Part shown: in pieces, positions 1 through 14,769 of the stretch
Layout: every line of letters begins with the position of its first letter
Numbering within the stretch: the first letter of the stretch is position 1
Source: Macrostomum lignano
Taxonomy: Eukaryota
Reading direction: 5' to 3'
Length of the DNA: 64,000 nt
Assembly: GCA_002269645.1 (NCBI GenBank)
Contig: NIVC01000359.1
Location: forward strand, 310,001-374,000
Program-made: the position numbers and the translations under genes
Notes under the pieces: generated by a model
What the model was told of the DNA's origin: nothing
Seen by the model: only the letters and a program-made list of their open reading frames with translations
Database searches by the model: none

Positions 1-777
1 ACACCTAATCCCCTTCTAGCACCCCTGTCCCCCTTCTAGCACACCTAATCCCCTTCTAGCACACCTAATCCCCTTCTAGCACCCCTGTCCCTCTTTTAGT
101 CTAGCACACCTAATCCCCTTCTAGCACCCCTGTCCCCTTCTAGCACCCCTGTCCCTCTTCTAGCACACCTAATCCCCTTCTAGCACACCTAATCCCCTTC
201 TAGCACCCCCGTCCCCTTCTAGCACCCCCTGTCCCTCTTCTAGCACACCTAATCCCCTTCTAGCACACCTAATCCCCTTCTAGCACACCTAATCCCCTTC
301 TAGCACCCCTGTCCCTCTTTTAGTCTAGCACACCTATCCCCTTCTAGCACACCTATCCCCTTCTAGCACCCCTGTCCCCTTCTAGCACACCTAATCCCCT
401 TCTAGCACACCTAATCCCCTTCTAGCACACCTAATCCCCTTCTAGCACCCCTGTCCCTCTTTTAGTCTAGCACACCTAATCCCCTTCTAGCACCCCTGTC
501 CCCTTCTAGCACACCTAATCCCCTTCTAGCACCCCTGTCCCTTCTAGCACACCTAATCCCCTTCTAGCACCCCTGTCCCCTTCTAGCACACCTAATCCCC
601 TTCTAGCACCCCTGTCTCCTTCTAGCACCCCTGTCCCCTTCTAGCACCCCTGTCCCCTTCTAGCTCACCTAATCCCCTTCTAGCACCCCTGTCCCCTTCT
701 AGCACACCTAATCCCCTTCTAGCACCCCTGTCCCCTTCTAGCACCCTGTCCCCTTCTAGCACCCCTGTCCCCTTCAG
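1..777. repeat. 19-20 bp minisatellite (CCCCTTCTAGCACACCTAAT / CCCCTTCTAGCACCCCTGT), truncated by window start
   Basis: Two unit variants alternate in tandem throughout 1-777. Confidence 0.95.
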
Positions 778-1539
778 CCTTGTCAGTTTTTTGCTCTGAC
801 CGCCCTGTAACTTCTAATTTCTGGGCTTATTTTTGCAAGCTTTACAGCGGTGATTATTTACATTTGATTTAAAGTCTGAAATTGTGTCGCCAACTAAGCC
901 AAAGCTAAAAAACTGTCTTGGGTCTCTCCTTTTTGCTAAAGCAGAGAGTTTTTGGAAACTTCTTATCGAGTTTTTACCTGTTTGAGAAAGAAACGATTAT
1001 CTATTGCGTAAACTAGCCAAGCATAATGGGTTTGGAAAAGAACTAGAATAAACCAGTTTGAGGCCAACGAAAAAGCAGTTGTGGGGTGAGGCGGCAGGTG
1101 GTAACTAAGCCCGTGGGCGTGCATACGAAACTGCAGTGCTGGAGGGCGGGGAGGGGGACTGACCGTTGTCCTGGCGACAGAGACGCGCTTAAACAGGCCG
1201 AGCCGAGAGTAAGGAGAAGCCCTCTGACGCTTTGCGTTTGAGGCAGATGGAGAGAGATAAGGTATAGCGATGACTCAACCTCAACCCACAAAGTTACTTG
1301 TATAAGCTGCTGCACCTGCGCGTGCTCTGCACAATACCGTACATTCAATGAATTTAGAAAAGCTCCATTATTCTCCGACTCTGCAGCGCAAGCTAAAAGA
1401 CTCAAAGGCAGCGAAAGAGGGGGGCAGCTGAAACGTGAGAGGAATGGAGAAGGGGTGAGACAGACAAGAAGAATGCAATTTTCTCTCTCTCTACCCCTGT
1501 TCTAACCCCAACCCTACCTGTCACTGCCCGCGCTGGATG

Positions 1540-1841
1540 GTTGCTTAGCAGCAGAAAAGGGGGTGGAATGAGGCAGAGGAAGAGCTATTGATAATTGTTT
1601 CCTGTGTACAGTCCCTGCATTTGCAATGGGCTTGCAGTGTGCATTGGCCTTACCTCACCCGACCCTCCCGCAGACCTGCGTCCCTCCAGCTGCCTCCTCG
1701 CTTTAGCAACCGTAGTGCGGCCCTGGAAACGCAGCTAAAGCGTCCTAAACCAGCCCAATGAGCTCTTAGCAACGCCGAGTGCCAACCCCAGCCGCCCAAC
1801 CGACCAGCAGCCCCGCCAGCCCCGCCCGGCGCTGATAAATA
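1540..1841 (+). promoter_or_regulatory. alpha-tubulin proximal promoter
   Basis: GC-rich region upstream of ATG 1975. It contains CCAAT (1755-1759), GCCCCGCC GC-boxes (~1810-1826), TATA-like ATAAATA (1835-1841), and X-box-like GTTGCTTAGCAGC (1540-1552) and TAGCAAC (1704-1710, 1767-1773). Confidence 0.55.
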
Positions 1842-1974
1842 GGCGCACGCGGCGCGCCCCGGGCTCCTCTTTATCGCCAAAGCCAGAGTCTCGTTAGACA
1901 TCTGCTTCTACCAGCGCAACAACGTACACACCCTCTCTCTTTAACCCGCTTCTCCAAGCTCCCCAAGTCTCACC

Positions 1975-3414
<1,440 letters not shown>

Positions 3415-4149
3415 GCTCTAAGCTGTTGAAGTGAAAGACTCTAACTCACGCTGAAAGACTAAAATTGAATTTCTTCTTTCTGAATGAAAGATGCGATCAA
3501 TTTACGGCTTCGAAGTGATCAATATCTCTTTTAATGAAGAATGATTAACATCAGCCCAGACTAGGCCAGTCGCGTGCTATTTTTAGTTGTATAGCAAGTA
3601 AAGCAAACTACAACAGATCAACGAACATGACGTTCTTTATATTTTGTACAAGACCTCTAAAAAAATAAAAAAATACTGTTTAAGTCGATCGCTGAGTTGT
3701 TTCTCATTTATTCTGTTCTGATTTGAAGCTAATCCTGAATAGGACAGTGCTGAGATCCTGTCTATAGTGTCTATACTCAGTGCACATCTTATTGTGCGTT
3801 TATAGTGACTCTCCTGATACAGGTTAATTTAAGTGGCTTGGGAGTGACTTTCAAATAAGACCCGATTATTTTTCGACAAGGAACACCGGCAGTAAGAAGG
3901 CATACATGTCAATGCTTGCACCCGAGTGACTGACATTGTGGTTATACGAGTGACTCATTGTGTTACAGAATAGTATTTCTTGTAGTTGTTAGTGATTCAC
4001 ACTATGGTTACAAAAGCGATTTTCATTGCATGTAGGAGTGACTCACATTGTGGCTATAGAAGTGAATCGCATTAATTGTACGGCTCATTAATGACTCTCA
4101 TTAAGGCTACACAAGTAGGAGTGGCTTACATGTACATATTACATTGTGA

Positions 4150-4400
4150 CTATAGGTAACTCTCATTGTGGCTATGGGTAACTCCATTGTGGCTATGGGT
4201 AACTCTCATTGTGGCTATGGGTAACTCCATTGTGGCTATGGGTGACTCTCATTGTGGCTATGGGTGACTCTCATTGTGGCTATGGGTAACTCTCATTGTG
4301 GCTATGGGTAACTCTCATTGTGGCTATGGGTGACTCTCATTGTGGCTATGGGTGACTCTCATTGTGGCTATGGGTGACTCTCATTGTGGCTATACATTTA
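4150..4400. repeat. 21-22 bp minisatellite (CTCTCATTGTGGCTATGGGTGA) with degenerate flanks ~3930-4830
   Basis: About 11 near-identical copies; diverged GAGTGACTCxCATTGTGGCTATA-like copies lie on both sides. Confidence 0.9.
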
Positions 4401-5788
4401 GCTGGAGTGACTCTTACTGTGACTATAAGAGTGACTCTCACTGTGGCTATATGAGTGACTTGACTCACTGAGGCTATAGGAGTGAATCTCACTGTGGCTA
4501 TAGGAGTGATTCTCAATGAGACTATAGGAGTGACTATCATTGTACTACATTAATTACTTAAGTCGTGGCTATAGGAGTGACATTGTGGCTACAGAATAGC
4601 AATTCTAATACAGTAGTTGTTAGAGTGACTCACATTGATGTTACACATGTGATTAAGCATTTACATGTAGGTGACACGCACCCTCAGTGTCGTTACAGAA
4701 GCGATTTCATTGCAATTATGCATGTAGGAGTGACTCAGTGGTTATCGGATGGACTCTCATAGTGGTTATCGGATGGACTCTCATTGTTGTTACAGTAATG
4801 ATTGTTAGTGTGGCTATAGGAGTGACTTACATAGTGTAGTGGCCAGATGAGTTAAGTTTCTATTCTCAGAGGCTTATGACAATTTGAGGATGTTTCTTTA
4901 TTCAAGTACTTACGAAAAGATTAGTAGTTAATAATAAAACTGTTTTAGGGTATAGGATACTCAGCCATATGCAGCTCAATGCAGTTCAAAATTTTAAAGA
5001 TATTCTATATGCGTACTATCAGCGCAATGGTTAATGTTGACCACCACCGGAAGCCCCATACTGCTACTTGCAATCAGTAGTACTGCCTGCTCTATTTGAT
5101 TAAAATAATCAGAAAATTTCAAGCCTAAAATTTAGCTATTCAAGTCAAACAGCCGAAACAGGTAATGCAAAACATCTGGCATACAACACACACGCTTTGT
5201 ATTTTAAGTTTATTTGAACAGACTTAAACAGCATTGCATGGATTGAGTAATTGAGTTAATCAGCTTTTCATGGTGCACGTAACGGGCTAAGCTAATAAGC
5301 AAACACAACTATGATCCCATTGCTAATAACTAACCGGATTCTATAGAGACCAACTCGGCCTGGGAAAGACAGGTCACTTGCAAGATAATTATATACTTTT
5401 TAGCCTACTTTCTTCTGGGCATATTGATCGCGAATTACTAACGGATTTTGCGACGAAACGTCGGATTGACCGGTTTCCGGGTTGAAAAAACTCAAATTAG
5501 ATCAGTGTTTTTTTAAAGCATGGCTGAAGGAATACAAATGCATTCTTCATTGTGCTGATGTCTATGGCCAACTTATATCAACTTATTTGCCTTTTCCGTC
5601 TATTGTCTATGGTCAAAACCAAATCGACTATAGCCAAATGGGAATTCACAACTTGGTTTGGCTTAACTATGTTTAACTTTAATCGGCCACTTGATATAAA
5701 AATTTTAATTTGTATTCCTTTATCAATGCTTTAACTAAGAAGCTGCCTAAAGCCGCTTAATTAGAAAATTATGCTTGAGTCAGGCACA

Positions 5789-6325
5789 TCAGTCAGAGCC
5801 CCCAGACCGAGGCAGTTGCTGGCTCCAGGCCTCCAGTTCAGGCAGCTGGTATTTGCCACCGTAGCACCGCAGCCCTGTGACAGGATCCGTGATGCAGCCA
5901 TCCGAGAAGATGATTTTCACTAGCCGATAGACACAATTGAATTCCATTGGTTCTGGCGTTTTCTCGACTAGTACTAAATCCCCAGGCTTAGTTGCTATTC
6001 GGCCAGCGTAGGCCAGGTAAGTGGCCGATTGATAATAATAGCGCAATATGAACCGGTTTAAGCAGAGCTTTTTCACTTGGACTCGCACTAGGCTGGGCTC
6101 GTGGTCCGAGTCCGGCTTGTGAAACTCGCCATCGTAGCGGCCGTATGGCTCAACCTGGCCAATGGCCAGAGGAAACGGGGCCGTGGGCATCAGGCCTTTG
6201 CGCTCTGCCGCTTTCAGTCCAATCGAGGTCACCTCCGGCTTGTGATAGGGGAAATACTCGTTAACATAGGCTTTTAGATAGCGCTGCACGTTTGGCCGAC
6301 GATGGCGAAGGAAGTAGGAGGACAT
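5789..6325 (-). CDS. MRPS17: mitochondrial ribosomal protein S17 (uS17m), single exon, 178 aa
   Basis: VRVQVKKLCLNRFILRYY..TYLAY...GDLVLVEK...YRLVKIIFSDGCITDPVTGLRCYG matches the recalled animal MRPS17 pattern VRV.RL.LDPYLLKYF..TYFAHD..VGDIVLL...IVFKVG.VIDPVTGKPC.G. Confidence 0.88.
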   Translation of the reverse strand: MSSYFLRHRRPNVQRYLKAYVNEYFPYHKPEVTSIGLKAAERKGLMPTAPFPLAIGQVEPYGRYDGEFHKPDSDHEPSLVRVQVKKLCLNRFILRYYYQSATYLAYAGRIATKPGDLVLVEKTPEPMEFNCVYRLVKIIFSDGCITDPVTGLRCYGGKYQLPELEAWSQQLPRSGGSD

Positions 6326-7344
6326 TGCCAGTTGCTGTGCTGCAGCATAAAGGCATGTTTGTTAAGCATAAGAATCACAGTGCCATATGAAATTGGAAAT
6401 GGCACATTATACAATAATTCATGAAAATACTTTTCTGTTTCAACATGATTCCTTTTTATTTTTCGAGTCCAGCTGCTGGTTGTCAAGCCAGAGAGTAGAA
6501 TATTGCAGTTGTAGTATTGCAGTTTAGGCTACTAGTTATTCTGATCAAATTATTCTTAGTGGATCCTGGTTGAATTGGTAGTTTACTGCCACCAGGTTCC
6601 TGAGGTTCTATTGATCTATTGATTTGAAAGGTATAAAACAACATAACAAGCCTATAATAGGGTTGCAATATTAATCCCTTAGGTACAAAATTAATTGAGG
6701 CATTAACTGTCATTGTGCATTGTTACTTGCTATGACAACCCATAGCAGTTCTATGTATTCTCAATCCCCTTAGTCTTAAATATCCTTTCTGGTTGTTATA
6801 TATTTTCTAAGTCAAACTAACAACTGTCTTCTAGACCTTTTCTTTTCTCCAATTTTTTCATTTGATCTAAGACTAATGTGTATTAGTCTTAGTTCCAAGA
6901 TAAAAAGTTTTTTTCCCTAGGCTTCAACTGCTCTATACTAGTATAAAAACTCCTAAAATCTTGGTTTATCATACCACTAACATTTCCTAAGCTTAAACTA
7001 CTGGTAGTAGGATAAAAGCATTTAGTATATGCCCTATGAAAAAATAAAATTGAAGAAAAAATTAAGCAATAGCTTAAATTTAAGGCCAGATTTGGTATCT
7101 TAGCAGTTAATTTTATAATTTTTAGTATACTCTACATAAATTTCTATACGCTAATATAGACTTTGGACTATATTTTTATGCTTTATATATATAAATATAA
7201 TGTTATTTTAAGAATACATAATATTTGATACTTTGCAGCATTTTGCATCATGCATTATTATTTGATACTTTGCAGAAAATCAGATATATGCTAGAAACTT
7301 TTTAGAAAACTACAATCACATAGATAGAGACAAAAAATTCATTT

Positions 7345-7530
7345 TTAGTATATTTTAAAGAAAGGATATTTTAAAGAATATTTTATAGTATATTTTAAAG
7401 AAAAGATATTTTAAAGAATATTTTATAGTATATTTTAAAGAAAAGATATGTTAAAGAATATTTTATAGTATATTTTAAAGAAAAGATATTTCAAAGAATA
7501 TTTTATAGTATATTTTAAAGAAAAGATCTA
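7345..7530. repeat. 40 bp AT-only-like tandem repeat (TATTTTAAAGAAAAGATATTTTAAAGAATATTTTATAGTA)
   Basis: About 4.5 copies with period 40. Confidence 0.9.
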
Positions 7531-10500
7531 AAATCTCTAAACTTACATTTGTAATCAAAACTAAGTCATCCAAACAGTATAATTTTAGAATACTATATAT
7601 ATATAAGAATACTATTATACAGTATAAGAATACTAAAATCTAAATAGTATTTTAGAATACTATTATATATATATATATAAGATGCAATACTGATATTTCA
7701 TTCAAAAAAATTTGAAGGCCACTTTTTGCCAAAAAATACAATATGAAAATAGGACCTTTTTTACTTTTTTAATATCATTATTATTGCTTTCAAAAAGAGA
7801 CTAACCTAATCTTTATCTTTTGATATGTTGTGCCTTTCTTTTAGCTCTATAATACTATTTATAAAGCTTTTAATTGAGAAAATTAGGATTTTATGTTAGT
7901 TTTTATTCTATATTACTGCATATGTCTATGCCCAAGAATTGTTAAAATAGCATGACTTGGCTCATTGGTTTTATATATTTTAATCATTCTTAGCTGGCAA
8001 TGAATTAGTATATGTATGAAAGATAAAATAGATTCATAAAACTAAAGAGTCAAGCTATGCCATGCATTTTTATGATTTTTATAAGCAGGAAAAAATGCTT
8101 TAATTAATTCTAAGGGTCTTAGTAATTCTAGTTAGACCTATTATAGGGTACACCTATAAAAATTGGTTAAATACAAACTTAAAAAATATTTGTAAAACAA
8201 TTTTTTGGCTAAACATGATTTATGATTATTCACAGTATATCTAAGACTAAATGGCATTTAATGATACAGACCTGAGTTTTGCAAATTCAAATACATTCTT
8301 TAAAACTTTTTATTCCTTAAAGACCAATTTCAAGAGTAACATATCTTTTACTACCAAGGTCCAAGGAAGGAAAATGAGATTTAGGCCCCTGGCCCTACCA
8401 AATATCAAGTTCTAAGAGTAAACATGGGACTTAACATTTTCTAAATTTCCTGACCCTAAGTTTTACTTATGTTACGCGTACAATACAACAAAAATAAAAT
8501 TAATAGTAATAAGGCTTAATTTTTATATCACTAGACAAGAGTCAGTAGTGGGAAGTTGTACTATTCCAGTATATTCCGGCTACAATCTACAGATACTACA
8601 GTACAGGCTATAGATAGTCACTTTTAAATATCGCCTATCGCATAAATGTTAATCAAATTGGTAACTTTTCAGTGTTTATCTGTGTAACTGTACGCATTCC
8701 GTTAAATAAAACTTAATTTAGAAGGCTCAATTTGCCGTATTTTTAGCAACAATCTAAAGAATATACTTATAACTTTCACGTTATTTTCTATTGTTATAAC
8801 TTATTTTTGTGCAAATAAAAATATATTAATTTAAAATTTGATTTTAGGGGAAACGATATTCAAACAGAATTCAGCCTACAACTCTACGATACAGCTGAGG
8901 CAAACTTATCTAATCTAGTCATTTCTGTACCAGTACATGCGCAGGCGTATACATGGCCTGAATAGTTCATAGTCATCACAGCTGATTTATATCTATTTAT
9001 TTAGGTTTAAATCTTTTTTGGCTGCATTTAATATTAATTCTCTGGTAAAATGGATCGATTGTCTTTGGGTTTTGCTGGATGGCTTCAAACAGGAGGTAGG
9101 TTGAAATTTATTTGGCTGTAAAAAGTAATAATTCGTTTTTTAAAATTACATTAGTAATAGACGTATCTGACATATTTTGTTGCTGATGATATTGCTGTGA
9201 TATTGCTGTTCCATTGCATTTACTGCAAGGTCTAGGTCTATATGGCATTGCTTCTAACTATCCAACCCTAGCATCCACATCCTGTCACTGACTGACAGCA
9301 CAGGTAGCCGGATATAGAGGGCCAGACTGAGTCATATACACTGCCCATGAGCCATGAATGATACCAATTTCTAACCCAAAAGGGATGCCTACCCCTAGCA
9401 AAAAAGATATAATAGTGCCAAAAAGGATTTTTGTGGCTACAATGTTTCATTGTCAGTTTAAAAATTCACTTTTGTATAAACCCTAGTAGTGTAATGTAAT
9501 CAATTTGATCTAAAATAAAATTTGTAGCCTAATATATTTGTATTTATTCTATTTATAGATATAATCTTTGGATTTAAGATTGGATTTAGAACTTTTTTGA
9601 GTTCATTGACATTAATATAGTTGTAGTTGTATATGTAGTAGGTCTATGTATTATTTTATGTATAAAAAACACTATGAATGAAAAGTAATGCAATATACTA
9701 TTTTATTTTTATTATAATCAAATTTTATTTTTTAGTAGGGCCTAATTCCATTTTATTATCATATATGCGCAACCTCCAAAATTCAGTTGGCCATGAAACT
9801 TAGTTTTAACAAAAAAGGCAACATCGTTTTTGGCCAAAAATGTGACTTACATGTAAAAGAAACCCTAAAGCAAAATTAACGCAACTTGGATAAATGGCAG
9901 GAGTAACTATAGTCTATAAGTGTCTTTTTAAGGCAAAATGCCTCATTATCTACTTAGTACTACTTTGGTGTTTATTCTGGTGGGCATTTTTGCGACTTAC
10001 CTTGATTGGCTACCAAATCAGTCAGCCAAATTGGCCAACTCAGCCAACTGTTGCACATGTATGTTTATTATTAAGTAATTTAATATTTTTATCATGACAT
10101 TATTGTTATTAGTATATGTAAACTATTATTTTTCAGTTATTCAATTGCATGAATACTTAAAGTCTAACTGCTTTCTTTACTTTTAGATAAATAAAAATGG
10201 ATTTTTAAATGATCAAACTATTTAAACTTTTCTTTTAAATTTGGAATAGACCATTTTTAAAAGAAAAGTTAAATTAGCTAATGTTTAATAAAATATAAAA
10301 ATATTCTAAATTACAAGGTATTCAATGAATATAGTCATTATAATTTGAAAAGCATTAAAAATTAAAATAGACAAAATCTAATCTAAAACTTCTCATCTCT
10401 AATCTAATTGGAAATGAGATGATTCTTCATCCAAATATTAATTAGTTATATAGGATTTATTAAAATTGGCCCATATGAAAAGCTGTGTCTAATTAGTTAG

Positions 10501-10874
10501 TCAGTTACTATAAACAATAATATGTCTAAGAAGATATAGTTTGTATATTCTAGTATAATATGTTCTATTTATTATATATTTTATTGTTACAAATTTCTTA
10601 AGTTAGTCAATTTCTTGAATTGCATTTTTAGAAATGGAAGCTGTTCTGGAGCAAACATTATGTGTCAATTGTTTACCAATCACACCTGCATGGACACCAA
10701 AATTTTGCATTGTTCTAGTCAAGTTTCGTCTATTTTTTTGCTTTCGCACTGAAGAGGTAAGATGTTGTACTATTTGTTTATTTTGTTCTGCTGAAGGTTA
10801 TTCCTAGTCTCTTGAATACTCTTCTCTTCATCAATATCTTTTCTTACTCAGAAGTTCACTTATTTAATCACCTA

Positions 10875-11265
10875 TTAACTCACCGAACTCATTGACTCAC
10901 TCACTGAACTCATTGACTCACTCACTGAACTCATTGACTCACTCACCGAACTCATTGACTCACTCACTGAACTCATTGACTCACTCACTGAACTCATTGA
11001 CTCACTCACTGAACTCATTGACTCACTCACCGAACTCATTGACTCACTCACTGAACTCATTGACTCACTCACTGAACTCATTGACTCACTCACTGAACTC
11101 ATTGACTCACTCACTGAACTCATTGACTCACTCACCGAACTCATTGACTCACTCACCGAACTCATTGACTCACTCACTGAACTCATTGACTCACTCACCG
11201 AACTTACTGACTCACTCACCGAACTCATTGACTCACTCACCGAACTCATTGATTCACTCACTAAA
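10875..11265. repeat. 21 bp minisatellite (CACTCACTGAACTCATTGACT)
   Basis: About 18 copies; it explains the SSVSESM and LTHSLNS repeat ORFs. Confidence 0.95.
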
Positions 11266-11879
11266 CTCGCATATGAGCTCATGAACATGATCTGATACTC
11301 GTAATGACTTAACATAAACATAATTGATTGAGTGATAATTATTGAACATAAGCGCATGGACTCAGTCTTTATATGGAAAATGCATTCCTACTTTTCTCTC
11401 TCGAACCACTTATGCATTCATTATTGTTACAATGTCATTATTATTGTGTCGCTGATATTCAATGTGAGGACTTCGCGCCTTGTACGAACCTCGTAGCACT
11501 GCTCTGTCCTATCGTACAGCAGTAATCTTATTATGAGTATAAGTGTTGTCCTGAATTTTGTACTCAGTATGTATTCAGAAGTGAGTCCTGCAAGCCTGCA
11601 TCTGCCAGCACCTGCTGTCCAACTACTCCTAAGCAAGCCTTGTCAGTCGTGCCTAATTAATTATTAATTAGCCTCTCATAGTGCTCACATCTAACAGCAC
11701 ACTCATAGAAATGCAGTAATGCTTCTCTCTATGCTCAGATAAGCTTGATAAATTATACCCGACTCTAGTGAGCAGTAAAATTTTAATCTGGGTATCACTC
11801 AGCTAGCTTTAAGTCGTAAAAGAGATGATGCGATTGGGACAGATGCTGAGACAGGCAAATACTAAAACCGGCAGACGGG

Positions 11880-11908
11880 CAATCAGACAGACAGACAGAC
11901 AGACACGA

Positions 11909-11955
<47 letters not shown>

Positions 11956-12150
11956 AACTAAGACAGACAGACAGACATACAGACAGACAGACACTAAGAC
12001 AGACAGACAGACAGACAGACCTACAGACGGACACATAGACAAACACTAAGACATACATACAAACAGACTACAGACAGACAGACAAACACTAAGGCAGACA
12101 GACAGACACTGAGACAGAAAATAAGACATACAAGGCAGACAGACAGACTG
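11880..12150. repeat. (GACA)n microsatellite, imperfect
   Basis: Direct reading; interrupted by CACTAAG variants. Confidence 0.95.
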
Positions 12151-12669
12151 ACAGAATGTATTTGTGTCGTCTGTCTTAGTGCAGCTAGACAGACAAGCAG
12201 ATTGGCCAGCAGGCAGCATTGACAGAGTGGTCCTTTCTTTAAAGCTGGTGCCAAAAAGTCGCTATCTATCCATACACGCCGGTAAAAATTCCTAGTTGAA
12301 CAAGTCCATACAAGGAAATTCTTTCAATTTATCATCGTAATCATCATGATCCATATCGGCAGCTTCCCATGCAAAAGACTACCATTCTTTGTCCCCATTC
12401 CCCTAGCGCGGGGCTGCCAATTTCCGGCAGCCAGATGCGGATTCAGCCAGATGATGTCCTGCCGGTTCCAACTTTAGCTTAATGTAATGCAATATTTCAG
12501 CTTAACATTGTTGAATTGGGGAGCTCTCCCCACAACTAGACCCGAACTTCACCAGTGTTGGGCATCGTTAATGAAGGTCTTAATCTCCGTTAACGGCAAA
12601 AACATATTAAAAATGAAAATATTATTTTAGATGATGTCGAGTTTAGGTTCTGTGAAGTTTATTTCGTTT

Positions 12670-13105
12670 AAACTTTAGGTCTTGTGAAGTTTAGGTCTTG
12701 TGAATTTTAGATCTTGTGAAGTTTAGCTCTTGTGAAGTTTAGCTCTTGTGAAGTTTAGGTCTTATGAAGGTTAGGTCTTGTGAATTTTAGATCTTGTGAA
12801 GTTTAGGTCTTGTGAATTTTAGATCTTGTGAAGTTTAGGTCTTGTGAAGTTTAGATCTCGTGAATTTTAGGTCTTATGAAGGTTAGGTCTTGTGAAGGTT
12901 AGGTCTTGTGAAGTTTAGGTCTTGTGAAGTTTAGGTCTTGTGAATTTTAGATCTTGTGAAGTTTAGCTCTTGTGAAGTTTAGGTCTTGTGAATTTTAGAT
13001 CTTGTGAAGTTTAGCTCTTGTGAAGTTTAGATCTCGTGAAGTTTAGGTCTTATGAAGGTTAGGTCTTGTGAAGGTTAGGTCTTGTGAAGTTTAGGTCTTG
13101 TGAAG
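12670..13105. repeat. 16 bp minisatellite (AGGTCTTGTGAAGTTT)
   Basis: About 27 copies with minor variants. Confidence 0.93.
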
Positions 13106-13954
13106 TGAAAGCGCCCCACTATAGTGACTCCCCCAGACCCTAACTGCCGTGTCTTGATGACATGCTATGCTTAACCTCTCCTGCCTTTACTTCTCCTCGT
13201 GGCCCTGTCCCTTTTTTATCCCTTTTAGCTAGCTAGTTCCGACCGAGTTCAATATAGGCCGCAGCTTTAGACTGCAGCTAGGAGAGAGCTTTCAACTGCG
13301 CACTTTCTTCCTCTTTATTCTAAAGTGTCTGCTGCAGCCTTTGCAGGAATCGCATTACTGCGCAAGCATATGGTTCGTTTGTTCTAATGCCTGCAGATTA
13401 GTATTCTAAAAGGAAGCGTGTACCTAAATGGGTTAATTTATTAGTCAGGTTTCATATTCATGTATATTCCATCAAATATACCCCAATCTGTTTATTAAAC
13501 TCCGCTATGACGATGAACTCATTTAACCTCCGTAGCTATTCATGCTCAGATGTTTCTTTTCACTCTATTGTTAGCTCAGCAGCAGTTTAAGAGCTGTGTT
13601 ACAAGCGCCGCAGCTCCGGTTTGTTTAGGCTCTCAGGTCTGAGGTTCCGGCTGTCTGCTTTACTAATCCCGTGCGGGGACAGACTCTTGCGTCACGATCG
13701 ATGCTATCTGATTGGATTGGATATATGTCTGTCTGTCTGGCCTTCCTTCTCCGCAACATTGAGCTCTGCGGTCTCCCGCTCTACTGCGCTTTTCATGCCC
13801 AGGAACTCTCTGAGCTGTGCCTGTCTTCTGTGTTACATGTTCATCTGGCGCTGGCTGGCAGACCTATCCGATTTTGTGTCTTTCTTTCTCCCCTTTCATT
13901 CTAGGCCATCTGCCAGCCTGTCTGTGTGTGTGTCTGGGTCTGTATGTTTCTTCT

Positions 13955-13970
13955 ATTTGTCTGTCTGTCC

Positions 13971-14046
<76 letters not shown>

Positions 14047-14077
14047 GTCTGTCTGTCTATCTGTCTGTCTGTCTTAG

Positions 14078-14108
<31 letters not shown>

Positions 14109-14149
14109 CTGTCTGTCTGTCTCTGTCTGTCTGTCTCTGTCTGTCTGTC

Positions 14150-14182
<33 letters not shown>

Positions 14183-14183
14183 G

Positions 14184-14218
<35 letters not shown>

Positions 14219-14350
14219 GTGTCTGTCTTAGTGTCTGTCTGTCTGTCTGTCTGTCTGTCTTAGTGTCTGTCTTCGTGTCTGTCTGTCTTTCTGTCTGTCT
14301 CTCTGTCTGTCTGTCTGTCTGTCTGTCTTAGTGTCTGTGTGTCTGTCTCT
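13955..14350. repeat. (CTGT)n microsatellite
   Basis: Direct reading; interrupted by TTAGTG variants. Confidence 0.95.
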
Positions 14351-14606
14351 TTGTCTGCCACAGTCATCTTTGTGTCTGTCCTTTTCCCTTTTTCTTTTTT
14401 TCTAGTGTTCAATGCTTCTGTTCTTAAAATACTTCCATATAGCGCACTGCGCAGGGTAATTTGTCAAGAGAGCGATTACTTTAAGCTTCTTTTCTTGTCA
14501 ATCTACTGTAAGTAGAGTTCGACAGGTTTAATAACTGACAATTGAAGTTTCACTGTAAAGCAATTAAAAATCGAATTTAACAAACCGGCCGCTGTTCCAA
14601 ACGCAG

Positions 14607-14769
14607 GCGGCCGAGCAGTTCCTGGCCGCTCAGTCGCCGCCTCTCGCCCTAGGCTGGCTCGCCCGTCTGGACGGCGGACCGGCCGCGTTTTTCCGCTTCT
14701 GGCGCTCTCCTAGCGCCGGCGCCAGAACTGACAACGATCGCTGCGGACTGGGCTGGCTTGAGCCGCTTG
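14607..14769 (+). other. candidate orphan exon (GC-rich; AAEQFLAAQSPPLALGWLARLDGGPAAFFRFWRSP...LEPL)
   Basis: GC-rich island in AT-rich DNA, with CTG/GCC-rich codons, cgcag| at 14606 and a strong G|GTGAGT donor at 14770 in phase 1. No in-frame ATG and no recognised domain. Confidence 0.3.

Noticed and set aside
1043-1405. 120-aa minus ORF divergent from tubulin
   Set aside because: Non-ATG start, no codon bias and no recognisable homology.
12290-12480. Protein-like minus-strand fragments (WNRQDIIWLNPHL; AWEAADMDHDDYDDK)
   Set aside because: They are in different frames, separated by stops, with no convincing splice sites or recognised domain.
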